This document shows positions 34,475 to 47,455 of a stretch of DNA of 64,000 nucleotides, one piece after another (the first letter of the stretch is position 1; each line of letters begins with the position of its first letter). This DNA is from Mobula hypostoma (Eukaryota). Where the stretch lies: positions 11,472,001 through 11,536,000 of the forward strand of contig NC_086101.1 in NCBI RefSeq assembly GCF_963921235.1, read 5' to 3'. The position numbers and the translations under genes were made by a program. The notes under the pieces are model-generated. The model saw nothing but the letters and a program-made list of their open reading frames with translations. It had not been told where the DNA came from and searched no databases.

Positions 34475-35710
34475 ACAAGAGAAAATCTACAGATGCTGGA
34501 AATCCAAGAAACACACACAAAATGCTGGAGAAACTCAGCAGGCCAGGCAGCATCAATGAAGAAGAGTAAAGTAGATGTTTCAGGCCAAGACCCTTCAGCA
34601 GGATTGGAGAAAAAAGATGAGGAGTCACTGTTTGAAGGTGGGGGTGAGGGGAGGGAGAAACACGTTGATAGGTGAAGGCCGGGAGTGGGGAGGGGTGAGG
34701 TAAAGAGCTGGGAAGTTGATTGATGGAAGAGATACAGGACTGGAGAAGAAAAGGAGAGGACAGACGGCCATAGAAGAAAGAAAAGGGTGAGGAGCACCAG
34801 AGAAAGGCGATGCGCAGGCAAGGAGACAAGTGAGAGAGGGAAGAGGGGATGGGGAGTGCTGAAGAGGAATGTGGCCGTTACTGGAAGTGTGAGAAATCAA
34901 TGTTCATGCCAACAGGTTGGAGGATACCCAGTAGGAATACAAGGTGTTGCTCCTCCAACCTGAGTGGCCTCATTGCGACAGTAGAGAAGGCTATGGTCTG
35001 ACAAGTTGGAATGGGAAAGGGAAGTGGAATTAAAATGAGCCGCCACTTGGTGATCCCTCTTTTTCTTTCAGGCAGAGCATAGGGGCTCAGCAAAGCAGCC
35101 TCCCAATCTATGTTGGTATTCTCTGTTGTAGAGGAGGTCACACCAGGAGCACCGGATGCAGTAGATGACTCCAACAGACTCACATGTGAAGTGCCGCCTC
35201 ACCTGGTGGGATTGTTTCGGGCCCCGAATGGTAGTGAGGGAGGAGGTGTAGGAGTGCCAGAGGGAAATCAGTGGGGAGGGACGAATGGACAAGGGAGTCG
35301 CGTAGGGAGCGATCCCTGTGCAAAGCAGATGGTGGGGTGGGGTGGGGTGGGGGAGATATGCTTGGTGGTGGGATCCCATTTAGATAGCAGAAGTTATGGA
35401 GAATTATGTGTTGGACGTGAGGCTGGTGGGGTGGGCGGTGAGGACAAGAGGACCCCTATCCCTGGTGGGGTGGCAGGAGGATGGGGTGAGGGCAGACGTG
35501 CGCAAAATGGAAGAGATGCATTGATGGTGGAGGAAGGTAAGTCCCTTTCTTTGCAGAAGGAGAACATCTTCATTCTGGAATAAAAAGCCTCATCCTGAGA
35601 GCAGATGCAGCAGAGATGGAGGAATTGAGAGAAGAGGGTGGCATTTTTACAAGTAACGGGGTGGGAAGAGGTATAGTTGAGGTAGCTGTGAGATTCAGTG
35701 GGTTTATAAC
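34475..35710 (-). mobile_element. Penelope-like element 3' part, degenerate
   Basis: VRRHFTCESVGVIYCIRCS, LEEQHLVF, GMNIDFS on minus; decayed hammerhead ~34570-34605. Confidence 0.88.
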
Positions 35711-35779
35711 TTTTCTGCCTCTCTCTTATCTATCTCTTCCATAATTTTACATTTATATAGTCAACAACAACAGCAGACA

Positions 35780-36095
35780 CAGGAATGATAGACAGCCAGA
35801 GTCTCTTTATCCTCAGTGTGGGAATGTCAATTACTACAGGGGGTAAATATAAAATGAGAGGAGAAGGTTTAAAGGAGATTGATGAGGCAAGTTTTTTTTT
35901 AAACACAGAGAGTGGTCAGTGCCTGGAACATGGTGTCAGGGGAGGAGGTGGAAACAGATACAACAACAACATTTCAGTGGCATTTAGACAGACACATGAC
36001 AGACAGGGAATGGAGGGTTGTGGACCATGTACAGGTAGATGGGATGAGACTGAATTGGCACAATGGTCGGTACAGATTTGTGGGCCAAATGTACT
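35780..36095 (+). mobile_element. Degenerate CR1 3' fragment, paralogous to 19060-19270
   Basis: Shares GAGATTGATGAGGCAAG and ACAACAACAACATTTCAGTGGCATTT. Confidence 0.75.
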
Positions 36096-37289
36096 CTTAT
36101 ATCCCTTCTAGTCCTCAAGGGATTCACTTTATCCCAGCTGATTTCACCTGACGCATGACTCCATTTTTTTGGCCAGAGCCTCCATAACCCTCATCAGCCA
36201 GTGTTCCCTCATACCTCCAGCCTTATCCTTCACTCTAACAGGGATGTACGGTCCTGAACTTTTTCTGTTTTATTACTAAAGCCTCCCACTTACCAGATGT
36301 GTGTGTAACTGTGAACAGCTTCCAGAAATTCACCTATAAAAGTTCTGTCAAAAATCAACCTTCCAATGTAGGACTCCACCTTTTGACTTTTTCCCTAATT
36401 AAAACCTAATACAGTAGAATTATATTCAAAGGTTTCAAAACTACATTTAATGTTAGAGAAATATATACAATATACCTGAAATGCTTTTCTTCGCAACCAT
36501 CCACAAAAACAGAGGAGTGCCCCCAAAGAATGAATGACAGTTAAATGTTAGAACCCCAAAGCTCCCCCCTCCCATGCATAAGTGACAGCAAGCAATGATC
36601 CTCCTCCCCCCACCAGCAAAACAAAGCATTGGCACCCACTACCGAGCACTCAGCAAGGCACAGACTACTCGTTCACCCAGTACTCAACATACCACGGGCT
36701 CTCTCTCTCTCTCTCCCTAATAAGGGAGAAAGACGCGTCTCCATTTCACAGGAAGAGGGGAGACATAACAAACAACTCGCTGGTTTATGATGTTAAAAGT
36801 CTGTTGCTTCGATTTTTCCGAGCTCTGTGCCCAAAGATCTCAGGTCTAGCAACACAGCAATAAACCTGACTCCCATGACACCGAAATCTGCCTGGATTCC
36901 GAACTTCGATCTGCTTTCTTCACACATAGAGTGGTGGGTACATGGAATGCACTGCCTGTGATAGTGGTGGAACCGGATGCAATAGGGTCTTTTATGAGCC
37001 TCTTAGATAGGTACAAAGAGCTTAGAAAAATAGAGTGTTATGTGCTAGGGAAATTTTAGGCAATACCTAGAGTAGGTTACATGGTCGGCACAACATTGTG
37101 GACCAAACGGCCTGTAATGTACTGTAGATTTCTATGTTCTATGTTCTATGAGACATTAGAGTTAAAAAAAAAGAGGTGCAGCACGCGGTTATTTGGGAAG
37201 GGATAGAAATGGTCAAGTTTGTTTAAAAAGGCAGAAAATGGACAAATTCTTGAATAATAAACAGTGAGTAATAATCATAAATTTAAAAA

Positions 37290-38210
37290 GCAGAAATGGC
37301 AGGTGACATTTAAAAGATAGACACATTCAATTACACAAGATATAAATGGATATTGTATACTAAGAAAATTGAGCAGTATTGTAAAGCAAATGAAATAATT
37401 AATGAAAAGTGAGGGCCAGTTTTGCTGATTGCATTAGGTGGGAAAGCATATAGTTTGCTTGGAGGTTAGACTGCTCGAACAAAACCAGCCAAAATAAACT
37501 TTGCTGATATCGGGAAAGTAATATAGGAACATGTAGAAACAAAAGCATTGTTAATTGTAGAATGCTTTGGATTTTATAAGTTGAATCAAAAGGAAGGGAG
37601 TCCATTTCAGTCTATATGGCTGAATTGAAGAAATTGTCTGAACATTATCAGTTTGGTGATGGGCTTAATGATGCATTGAGAGATAATTTTGTTTGTGGAA
37701 TCTTACAAGAAAGTACGCAAAAACATCTCCCAAATGAAGAGCTTCTTACATTGAAAAGAGCAGTTGAAATTGTTGTATCAAGGGAAAGAGCAGACAGAGA
37801 TTCAATTGAGTTGAGGTCAGGAATGAAAGTGAGTGTGAATAATAACAATATTAATAATAATAATATTTTATTTTAATAGAATTGCAGTATCTAAATAGAA
37901 AGCAGCCTGGCCAAACAAATTGTGTTACCATTGTAGCAGGAGCTCATACACACCATTTCAGTGCAGGTTTTAATGCAATGGAAAACTTGCAGAAAATGCA
38001 ACAAAGGACACATACAAAGAGCATGTCATGTCGACAAAAATGAATGGATTGCAAAGGGAAGAGAAAAAGATAAAAAGTCAACTTGCAGCTTCAAATAGAG
38101 TATTAATTTGCATGCTATTGATGAAAAATCTGATAACAATAAGAGTGACATGGGATTGGGTAGCTGAGATTTACAATGTGAAAACTAACCAGAGACAGGC
38201 AAATCAAAAA
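37290..38210 (+). mobile_element. Gypsy/Ty3 gag remnant
   Basis: AELKKLSEHYQFGDGLNDALRDNFVCGI...LTLKRAVEI, and decayed Zn knuckles near 37920-38030. Confidence 0.75.
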
Positions 38211-38496
38211 GACAAGAAATTCTGCAATTATTAGAAATCCAAAGCAACACACACAAAAATTCTGAGGAACTCGGCAGGTCAGGTAGCATCTATGAAAGTG
38301 ATCAAACAGTCAACATTTCAGGCCAGGTTTCTGGAAAAAAAGATGCCAGAATAAAAAGGTGCAGCAAGGGAAAGTAGATTGCTAGAAGGAGATAGGTAAA
38401 GCCAGGTGGGTAGGAAAGGTAAAGGGCAGGAGAGGAAAGAATTTGCTCGGAGAGGACAGTGGACTATAGGAGAAAGGAAGAAAAAGGGGACCAAGA

Positions 38497-41400
38497 GATG
38501 AGTGTGGTATGGAGGGCTATGGTATGAAGGGATGAGTGTGGTATGGAGGGCTATGGTATGAAGGGATGAGTGTGGTATGGAGGGCTACAATATGAAGGGA
38601 TGAGTGTGGTATGGAGGGATGAGTGTGATATGGAGGGTCATGGTATGAAGGGATGAGTGTGGTAGGGAGGGATGAGTGTGGTATGGAGGGCTATGGTATG
38701 AAGGGATGAGTGTGGTAGGGAGGGCTATGGTATGAAGGGATGAGTGTGGTAGGGAGGGCTATGGTATGAAGGGATGAATGTGGTAGGGAGGGCTATGGTA
38801 TGAAGGGATGAATGTGGTATGGAGGGATGAGTGTTGTATGGAGGGCTATGGTATGAAGGGATGAGTGTGGTAGGGAGGGCTATGGTATGAAGGGATGAGT
38901 GTGGTAGGGAGGGCTATGGTATGAAGGGATGAGTGTGGTATGGAGGGCTATGGTATGAAGGAATGAGTGTGGTAGGGAGGACTATGGTATGGAGGGATGA
39001 GTGTAGTAGGGAGGGCTATGGTATGAAGGGATGAGTGTGGTAGGGAGGGCTATGGTATGAAGGGATGAGTGTGGTAGGGAGGGCTATGGTATGAAGGAAT
39101 GAGTGTGGTAGGGAGGGCTATGGTATGGAGGGATGAGTGTAGTAGGGAGGGCTATGGTATGAAGGGATGAGTGTGGTATGGAGGGCTATGGTATGAAGGG
39201 ATGAATGTGGTATGAAGGGATGAGTGTGGTAGGGAGTGCTACGATATGAAGGGATGAGTGTGGTATGGAGGGCTACGATATGAAGGGATGAGTGTGGTAT
39301 GGAGGGATGAGTGTGATATGGAGGGTCATGGTATGGAGGGATGAGTGTTGTATGGAGGGCTATGGTATGAAGGGATGAGTGTGGTAGGGAGGGCTATGGT
39401 ATGAAGGGATGAGTGTGGTAGGGAGGGCTATGGTATGAAGGGATGAGTGTGGTATGGAGGGCTATGGTATGAAGGAATGAGTGTGGTAGGGAGGGCTATG
39501 GTATGGAGGGATGAGTGTAGTAGGGAGGGCTATGGTATGAAGGGATGAGTGTGGTAGGGAGGGCTATGGTATGAAGGGATGAGTGTGGTAGGGAGGGCTA
39601 TGGTATGAAGGAATGAGTGTGGTAGGGAGGGCTATGGTATGGAGGGATGAGTGTAGTAGGGAGGGCTATGGTATGAAGGGATGAGTGTGGTATGGAGGGC
39701 TATGGTATGAAGGGATGAATGTGGTATGAAGGGATGAGTGTGGTAGGGAGGGCTACGATATGAAGGGATGAGTGTGGTATGGAGGGCTACGATATGAAGG
39801 GATGAGTGTGGTATGGAGGGATGAGTGTGATATGGAGGGTCATGGTATGAAGGGATGAGTGTGGTATGGAGGGCTATGGTATGAAGGGATGAGTGTGGTA
39901 GGGAGGGATCAGTGAGGTAGGGAGGGATGAGTGTGGTATGGAGGGCTATGGTATGAAGGGATGAGTGTGGTAGGGAGGGCTATGGTATGAAGGGATGAAT
40001 GTGGTATGGAGGGATGAGTGTTGTATGGAGGGCTATGGTATGAAGGGATGAGTGTGGTAGGGAGGGCTATGGTATGAAGGGATGAGTGTGGTATGGAGGG
40101 CTATGGTATGAAGGGATGAATGTGGTATGAAGGGATGAGTGTGGTAGGGAGGGCTATGGTATGAAGGGATGAGTGTGGTATGGAGGGCTATGGTATGAAG
40201 GAATGAGTGTGGTAGGGAGGGCTATGGTATGGAGGGATGAGTGTAGTAGGGAGGGCTATGGTATGAAGGGATGAGTGTGGTAGGGAGGGCTATGGTATGA
40301 AGGGATGAGTGTGGTAGGGAGGGCTATGGTATGAAGGAATGAGTGTGGTAGGGAGGGCTATGGTATGAAGGGATGAGTGTGGTATGGAGGGCTATGGTAT
40401 GAAGGGATGAATGTGGTATGAAGGGATGAGTGTGGTAGGGAGTGCTACGATATGAAGGGATGAGTGTGGTATGGAGGGCTACGATATGAAGGGATGAGTG
40501 TGGTATGGAGGGATGAGTGTGATATGGAGGGTCATGGTATGGAGGGATGAGTGTTGTATGGAGGGCTATGGTATGAAGGGATGAGTGTGGTAGGGAGGGC
40601 TATGGTATGAAGGGATGAGTGTGGTAGGGAGGGCTATGGTATGAAGGGATGAGTGTGGTATGGAGGGCTATGGTATGAAGGTATGAGTGTGGTAGGGAGG
40701 GCTATGGTATGGAGGGATGAGTGTAGTAGGGAGGGCTATGGTATGAAGGGATGAGTGTGGTAGGGAGGGCTATGGTATGAAGGGATGAGTGTGGTAGGGA
40801 GGGCTATGGTATGAAGGAATGAGTGTGGTAGGGAGGGCTATGGTATGGAGGGATGAGTGTTGTAGGGAGGGCTATGGTATGAAGGGATGAGTGTGGTATG
40901 GAGGGCTATGGTATGAAGGGATGAATGTGGTATGAAGGGATGAGTGTGGTAGGGAGGGCTACGATATGAAGGGATGAGTGTGGTATGGAGGGCTACGATA
41001 TGAAGGGATGAGTGTGGTATGGAGGGATGAGTGTGATATGGAGGGTCATGGTATGAAGGGATGAGTGTGGTATGGAGGGCTATGGTATGAAGGGATGAGT
41101 GTGGTAGGGAGGGATGAGTGTGGTAGGGAGGGATGAGTGTGGTATGGAGGGCTATGGTATGAAGGGATGAGTGTGGTAGGGAGGGCTATGGTATGAAGGG
41201 ATGAATGTGGTATGGAGGGATGAGTGTTGTATGGAGGGCTATGGTATGAAGGGATGAGTGTGGTAGGGAGGGCTATGGTATGAAGGGATGAGTGTGGTAT
41301 GGAGGGCTATGGTATGAAGGGATGAATGTGGTATGAAGGGATGAGTGTGGTAGGGAGGGCTATGGTATGAAGGGATGAGTGTGGTAGGGAGGGCTATGGT

Positions 41401-41670
41401 ATGAAGGGATGAGTGTGGTAGGGAGGGCTATGGTATGGAGGGATGAGTGTGGTAGGGAGGGCTATGGTATGAAGGGATGAGTGTGGTAGGGAGGGCTATG
41501 GTATGAAGGGATGAGTGTGGTAGGGAGGGCTATGGTATGAAGGGATGAGTGTGATATGGAGGGCTATAGTATGAAGGGATGAGTGTTGTATGGAGGGCTA
41601 TGGTATGAAGGGATGAGTGTGGTAGGGAGGGCTATGGTATGAAGGGATGAGTGTGGTAGGGAGGGCTATG
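38497..41670. repeat. 34-bp minisatellite (GGATGAGTGTGGTAGGGAGGGCTATGGTATGAAG) built from 19- and 15-bp modules
   Basis: Directly visible; period 34 (e.g. AAGGGA at 38701 and 38735). Confidence 0.98.
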
Positions 41671-41907
41671 GCCCAGGTGCAGATCAATGGAATGAGGCAA
41701 TTAGTTAGTTGTCAGTCTGCATCTTTGGAACCAAGCACAAGATCACACAGAGACTTTGAAGGGTTACACAAAACTAGGAATTTTATTAACAAAAGAGACT
41801 AAACAAAACAGTAGAAGTTAAAAGGTCTAGAATAACTTGGCCAGTGTTTCAGGTGAGAAGAGGTAAAAGGCCAGAGTGGGGAAGAGAAGAAGAGGAAGTG
41901 GGGCATT

Positions 41908-42625
41908 CAGGGCCCTAATAATCCCTTCCCGGTGCAAAAGTGATTCATAAGGGAACTTATCGGTCTTAATTTTATTGCATCCGTTACTCTCGGTGTAGCT
42001 TCCTCTCCACTGGAGAGACCTAAGGCAGATCGGGGGATCACTTTGTTGAGCACCTTCACTCTGTCTACTGAACCAGCCTGCATTTCTGGTAGCCAACCAT
42101 TTTGATTACACTTCCCATTTCCTATTTCCACACCAAATTATCTGTTCACAGCTTTTTCTAGCACCAAGATTATGCTAGACACAGACAAGATGAACAGAAA
42201 CTCATACTCCACCTTGCTAGTCTCCAACCTGATGGCATGAACGTTCATATCCACCATTCCACTCTCTTCCTTCCCTATTGACCTTTGCTCACCAGTCCCC
42301 ATCACCCTATCACTTTCCTCATCATCTGGCTATTGCCCAGACACATGCCCCACTGGATTCCCTCCTCGCCTCTTTCACTTTATTCCATGGTGCACTATCC
42401 TCTCCTACCAGAGTCCACCTTCTTCAGCCCATTGTCATTTCCAACCACCATCTCAGCTCTTACATCTTCTCCCGTCTTCTCCTTCTCTGACCTGGATCCA
42501 CTTGTCACCCCCCAGCTCTTGCGCCACCCCTTCCACGCACCTTTCTGTATTATCTCTGTCCGCTGTCTCATGCAGTAGTGATAAATTGTCTCGACCAGAA
42601 ATATTAACCGGTTATTTCCCTCATG
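41908..42625 (+). mobile_element. Old Penelope-like 3' fragment
   Basis: CAGGGCCCTAA..TCCTTCC, CTCCAACCTGATGGCATGAAC and pyrimidine-rich UTR. A minus-strand PLE UTR at ~38215-38495 and ~41845-41905 brackets the minisatellite. Confidence 0.75.
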
Positions 42626-44954
42626 CGGATGACCACCTTTGAATGTGAACCCAGTGCATCCCTCAGGACATGGGGAAGAACCATGGGCAACATTCCTCCA
42701 AGGGCTCATGAAACTACTTCTTTCACTTCTTTTTTCTTTCAAATGTGGTTCTGCTCCTGTGAAGCAAATGATCTCTATCTTGGTGGTGTGTTTTCAGGCT
42801 GGTTGAGCTACCTGGCTCGAGAGTATTCCATGAGGCTTCAAGTGAATGGTGTTCCTCAAGGCCAAGAAGAATGGAGACCATGGTCGACTCCATTTCTCGC
42901 CGATTAAAGCGCTGAGGAAGACTGAAATCATTAACACGAGTGCAGAAGGCAAGCATAAGTGCCAGCCCCTCACTCGCTGGTCCCAAATGAAGGTCCCTGC
43001 ATTTGAGTGATCAGAGCTGTCAGAGAATGAGGTCAGATTTTGGGTTTTGAGCAAGGTTTCATTGATGTGGTCTGTGATAAGATTCTGCAGTTCATGTTAT
43101 GACATGCTTTTGGTTTCTGGTTGCTCTTGGTTGCTATTTTGGGCAATTCTGAATTGGGGCGACCTGCAGATAGTGTCCACTGAGCAGAACTGAATTCTGT
43201 GTTTTTTGCTTGCTTTTTTTTTGTTGCTGTTTGCGTGATTTGTTTTTTTTTGTGTGCAGGGAGTTGATATTTTTCTTTGAACAGGTGCCATGGTTTTCTT
43301 TGTTTTGTAACTGTCTGTGGGGAAGACCAGTCTCAGGGTTGTATACTGCATATATACTTTAATAATAGATGTACTTTGAATCTTTGAATCTGGGGACAGA
43401 GGGCTCCGGCGGGCTGCTGTTTGCAACCATTAGGGGTGATGGGTGTAAGTAACTAATATGTTTTCATTATGAATATATTTATTTTTAAAATAAGAATCTC
43501 CATCCAAAGGTGCTGTCTGAGTTCCTCCAACGCCTTTGAATATTGTTCCCGAGTTCTTGTAGCTGTCGTCTGGTGTCCCCGTCTGCAGCGCACCTAGTGG
43601 GCAATCTCGGTATTGCGGGGCTTCAGCAGCTTCCGGAAGGTGAAAATACTTTGCATCTTGGAGATAGTTAACATGGCTTCGAAAGACCAGGATCAAGAGT
43701 CTAACCGAGGAAGTAATTTGTCCCATCTGCCTGGACTTCTTCAATGATCCGGTAATTCTGGACTGTGGGCACAACTTCTATCACTCCTGTATCACACGCT
43801 ACTGGGAAAGGGAGAAGCGAAACTCCTGCCCGGAATGTCGAGCCAAGTTTGTTCACCGAAACCTCAAGCTAAATCGGGCCTTAGCAAGACTGACTGAGAA
43901 AGCTCAGTGACTTAATCTGAATTCGACAAAGTAGGAAAATAAATATCACTGCGAGGAACATGATGAAGAACTGGAGCTGTTTTGCGAAACTGACAAAGAA
44001 ACTGATCTGCCTGATCTGTAAAGATGCGCGGAAACACAGAGAGCATCACTTCCTGCCGATTAATGAAGCTGTTGAAGTCTACAAGGTAAAATAAAGCAAT
44101 TTTGATCACGTTTTTCACTTTATTGCATGTTGATTTTCTACATCCTCTACACTCCAAGGCCCAGATACATCTGTTTGCTTACTTGCATCTTTATTGCCTT
44201 CTCTTTACTCTTGGATTCATTCCCAGGATCCAATCAAATCTTCCTTAGAATCCCTCGTTGAAAAGAAATCACAGCTTCAGCTCATGGAAGGGAGGCAGAA
44301 AAAGAATATTTTGGAAATTCGGGTGAGGCCTTCTTGTGCAGACTTTCTGTCCTTGTATACTTTGTTCTCTGTGATGCACAATAACAGGGTGGTATAGGTC
44401 CAGTTCAACCCTGACCTCGGGCACACGTTCGCCCTGTGGCAACTACATTGTTCACCCACATCTCAAAGACGTTCTGGCTGATTGGTTAATTGGTTCCTAA
44501 TTAATGTGTGAATGTTGATGGTATGTGAATCAGATAGGAGTTAATGGACATAGGCCAGTGAATAGGTTTCAGGAAGACTTGAGGGAATGGGTTTGAGAAT
44601 TGGTGTTAAATTTAGTGGGCCCAATGCTCACTTCCCAGGTGATAAGGAAATACAGCACAACAATATGGCAACTTAATTCTTCACCTGTCATTTCTTAGGA
44701 TGATGCACATAATCTTCACTCCTTGATCATATTGCAATTTGCTGAACTGCACCAAGTTCTCAATAATAGGGAGCCATCTATATTCAGCAATCTCAAGGTA
44801 GAAAAGGAGGTGGTTCTAAATCCAATGGAGAAAAATCTTCGAGCGATTCAAGGGAATTTAAATTCAATTGAAGAGGACATTTCAGAGCTAAAAGAACAGA
44901 TGGATCAGGAAGACAGTTTGATATTTCTAAAGGTGAGTGATTATGTTAGCTGTG

Positions 44955-45330
44955 TACATACATCTACTGATGCTTCTGGACACATCTTCAGTGATGTTCC
45001 TGGAATCATCGGGTGTTTCGGGTCTTTCAACATCATACAACCTCCTCCAGGTGACCCAGCCAGGGCTGATCAGACCCCAGCTTGTGTCCAGATGGCTAGC
45101 TACTTATGACTCCATGGCTCCCCTCTTTTGAGCCACCGTCATCTTGAGGCCCTCTCTGCCGCATCGGTGGTACTGCGGATGGCTCTCCTCTTCCTCTCTC
45201 CCTCGATGCCCAAAATGCTGAAGGCTCTAACTAAGGAACGGGCTGCCAATCCCCTACAACCAACCTCCACTGGGAGACACCTCGCTCTCCATCCAGCCTG
45301 CTGACAGTTGCTGGCAATTTGGTTCAGTAA
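44955..45330 (-). mobile_element. HERO/R2-like (restriction-like endonuclease) retrotransposon 3' end
   Basis: GWRARCLPVEVGCRGL...AAERASR*.WLKRGEPW. Confidence 0.7.
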
Positions 45331-45429
45331 AAGTGTAAAATGGGGAGTGATATACTTGAAGTAAATATAATGTTTACCAATAGATGTAAACTGATTTACA
45401 ACAGACAGATGTTTCAACTAAATCAGACA

Positions 45430-45900
45430 AATGGTTGGGGTCTGATGTTGAAGCTGTAAGAGAAATTGATGAGGCCTAATTGTGAGCAGTTTTGGTACCT
45501 ACCTACAGGAAAGGTGCCAATAAGATTGAAAGAGTACGGAGGAAATTTACAGGACTGGAGGATGTGACTTATAGGGAAAAGTTGAACAGGTTATTCTCTG
45601 CAGCATAAAAGAATGAGGGGAAATTTGATAGAGGTATTCAAAATTTTGAGGGGCAAGTAAATGCAAGCAGGCTTTTTTCACTGAGGTTAGGTGAGATTAG
45701 AACTAGAGGGCATGGGTTAAGAGTGAAAGGTGAAACATTTTGGGGGAATTTCTTCACTCACAGGGTGGTGAGAGTGTGGAACGAGCTGCCAGCAGAGGTG
45801 GTGGATGCCGGTTTGATTTCAACTTTTAAGAGAAATTTCGATAGGTACATGGATAGGAGTGGTATGGCCCAGGCGCAGGTCAAGGTACGAGGCAATTAAC
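45430..45900 (+). mobile_element. CR1-type 3' fragment
   Basis: TRGHGLRVKGE..FFTHRVVRVWNELP...FDRYMD readable. Confidence 0.8.
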
Positions 45901-45904
45901 TAAT

Positions 45905-46147
45905 TGTCAGGCTGCATCTTCGAACCCAAGCGCAGAATCACACAGAGACTTGGAAGGGTTACACAAAACTAGGAATTTTAATAACAAAAGGACTTAAACG
46001 AAACAGTCGAACTTCAAAGGTCTAGAAGAACTTGGCCAAGCAAAGATCAGGACCACTGAGCCCCAGGTGGTTAGCACTGCCCTTTAAATATACTTCAGAG
46101 TACGAAGGAATCTGTGCCCAACTAATTAAATCGCCAGACTCTTGACA
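45905..46147. mobile_element. Short LTR-like sequence
   Basis: TGTCA...TGACA inverted termini; no clean TSD; partial copy at ~41710-41843. Confidence 0.45.
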
Positions 46148-46894
46148 AACTTACAAATAACCATTCAGATAAAAGACAAAAGTCCAAGGATACCTAATTA
46201 GACAACATTCACCTGCCATCTCCCCATAACCTTTGACACCCATACTAACCAAGAACCAATCAACCTCCGCTTCAAATAGAGCCATCAAATGCACCTGAGA
46301 GGTTAACCCTTTCATTCCTGGGATTATTCTCGTGAGCCTCCCCTGGACCCTCTCCCATGCCAGCACATCCTTCCGTAGATAAGGGGCCCAAAACTGCTCA
46401 CTGCTCATTTTGAAATTTCCACTATCGGGTTTCTTTCACATTGTATTTTATCCCACTCTACTTCATAGAAAGGCCATTCTATCCTTGTATCGATTTACCT
46501 GCTTGATATGCCTGCTCCTCAGCTCAGCCATCAGTAATGCCCTGAACTCCACAGTCCTATATTCCCTCACGTTCATCCAACTTCCCTGCTTCATTCAGAC
46601 TCTGCACCTGCTCCAACCACACTTGCAGAAGAAAGTTCCGCATTCTCTTTACTGAGTTTCCTGCGGGGTTTATTAAAAACTACCTGCCATTTTATCTCTG
46701 AATTTTGGGCCTCCAGATTTACCGGTCCTTTTTCTGTTGCCTGCTAGTCAAAGCCATCATCGTCCTCATTATGTGCCATGTCGAATGATGTGGGCAATCA
46801 CGGTTTTGATCATGATCATTTCTACAGAACTGGTTTGCCATTGCCTTCTGGGCAGTGTCTTTACAAGATGGTTGAACCCATTATTAATACTTGT

Positions 46895-47455
46895 AGAACA
46901 TAGAAACATAGAAAACCCACAGCACAATGCAGGCCTTTCAGCCCACAATGCTGTTCCGAACATGTACTTAATTTAGAAATTACTTCAGATTACCCTCTAT
47001 TTTTCTAAGCTCCATGTACCTATGCAGAAGTCTTTTAAAAGACCCTATTATATCCACCTCCACCACCGTCGCCGGTAGCCCATTCCATGCACACACCACT
47101 CTCTGCGTAAAAAAACTTACCCCTGACATCTCTGTACCTATTTCAAAGCACCTTAAAACTGTGCCCTCTCGTGTTAGCCCTCAGAAAAAGCCTCTGTCTA
47201 TCCACACGATCAATGCCTCTCATCATCTTATACACCTCTATCAGGTCACCTATCATCCTTCATTGTTCCAAGGAGAATAGACCGAGTTCACTCAACCTAT
47301 TCTCATAAGGCATGCTCCCCAATCCAGGCAACATCCTTGTAAATCTCCTCTGCACCCTTTCTATAGTTTCCTCATCCTTCCTGCAGTGAGGTGACCAGAA
47401 CTGAGCACAGTACTCCAAGTGGGGTCTGACCAGGGTCCTATACAGCTGTAACATT
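46895..47455 (-). mobile_element. CR1-type 3' fragment
   Basis: MLQLYRTLVRPHLEYC...RRFTRMLPG; (CATAGAAA)n tail. Confidence 0.85.

Noticed and set aside
38497..41670. CRISPR-like array or telomeric repeat
   Set aside because: No unique spacers, eukaryotic context and no TTAGGG; it is a head-to-tail minisatellite.
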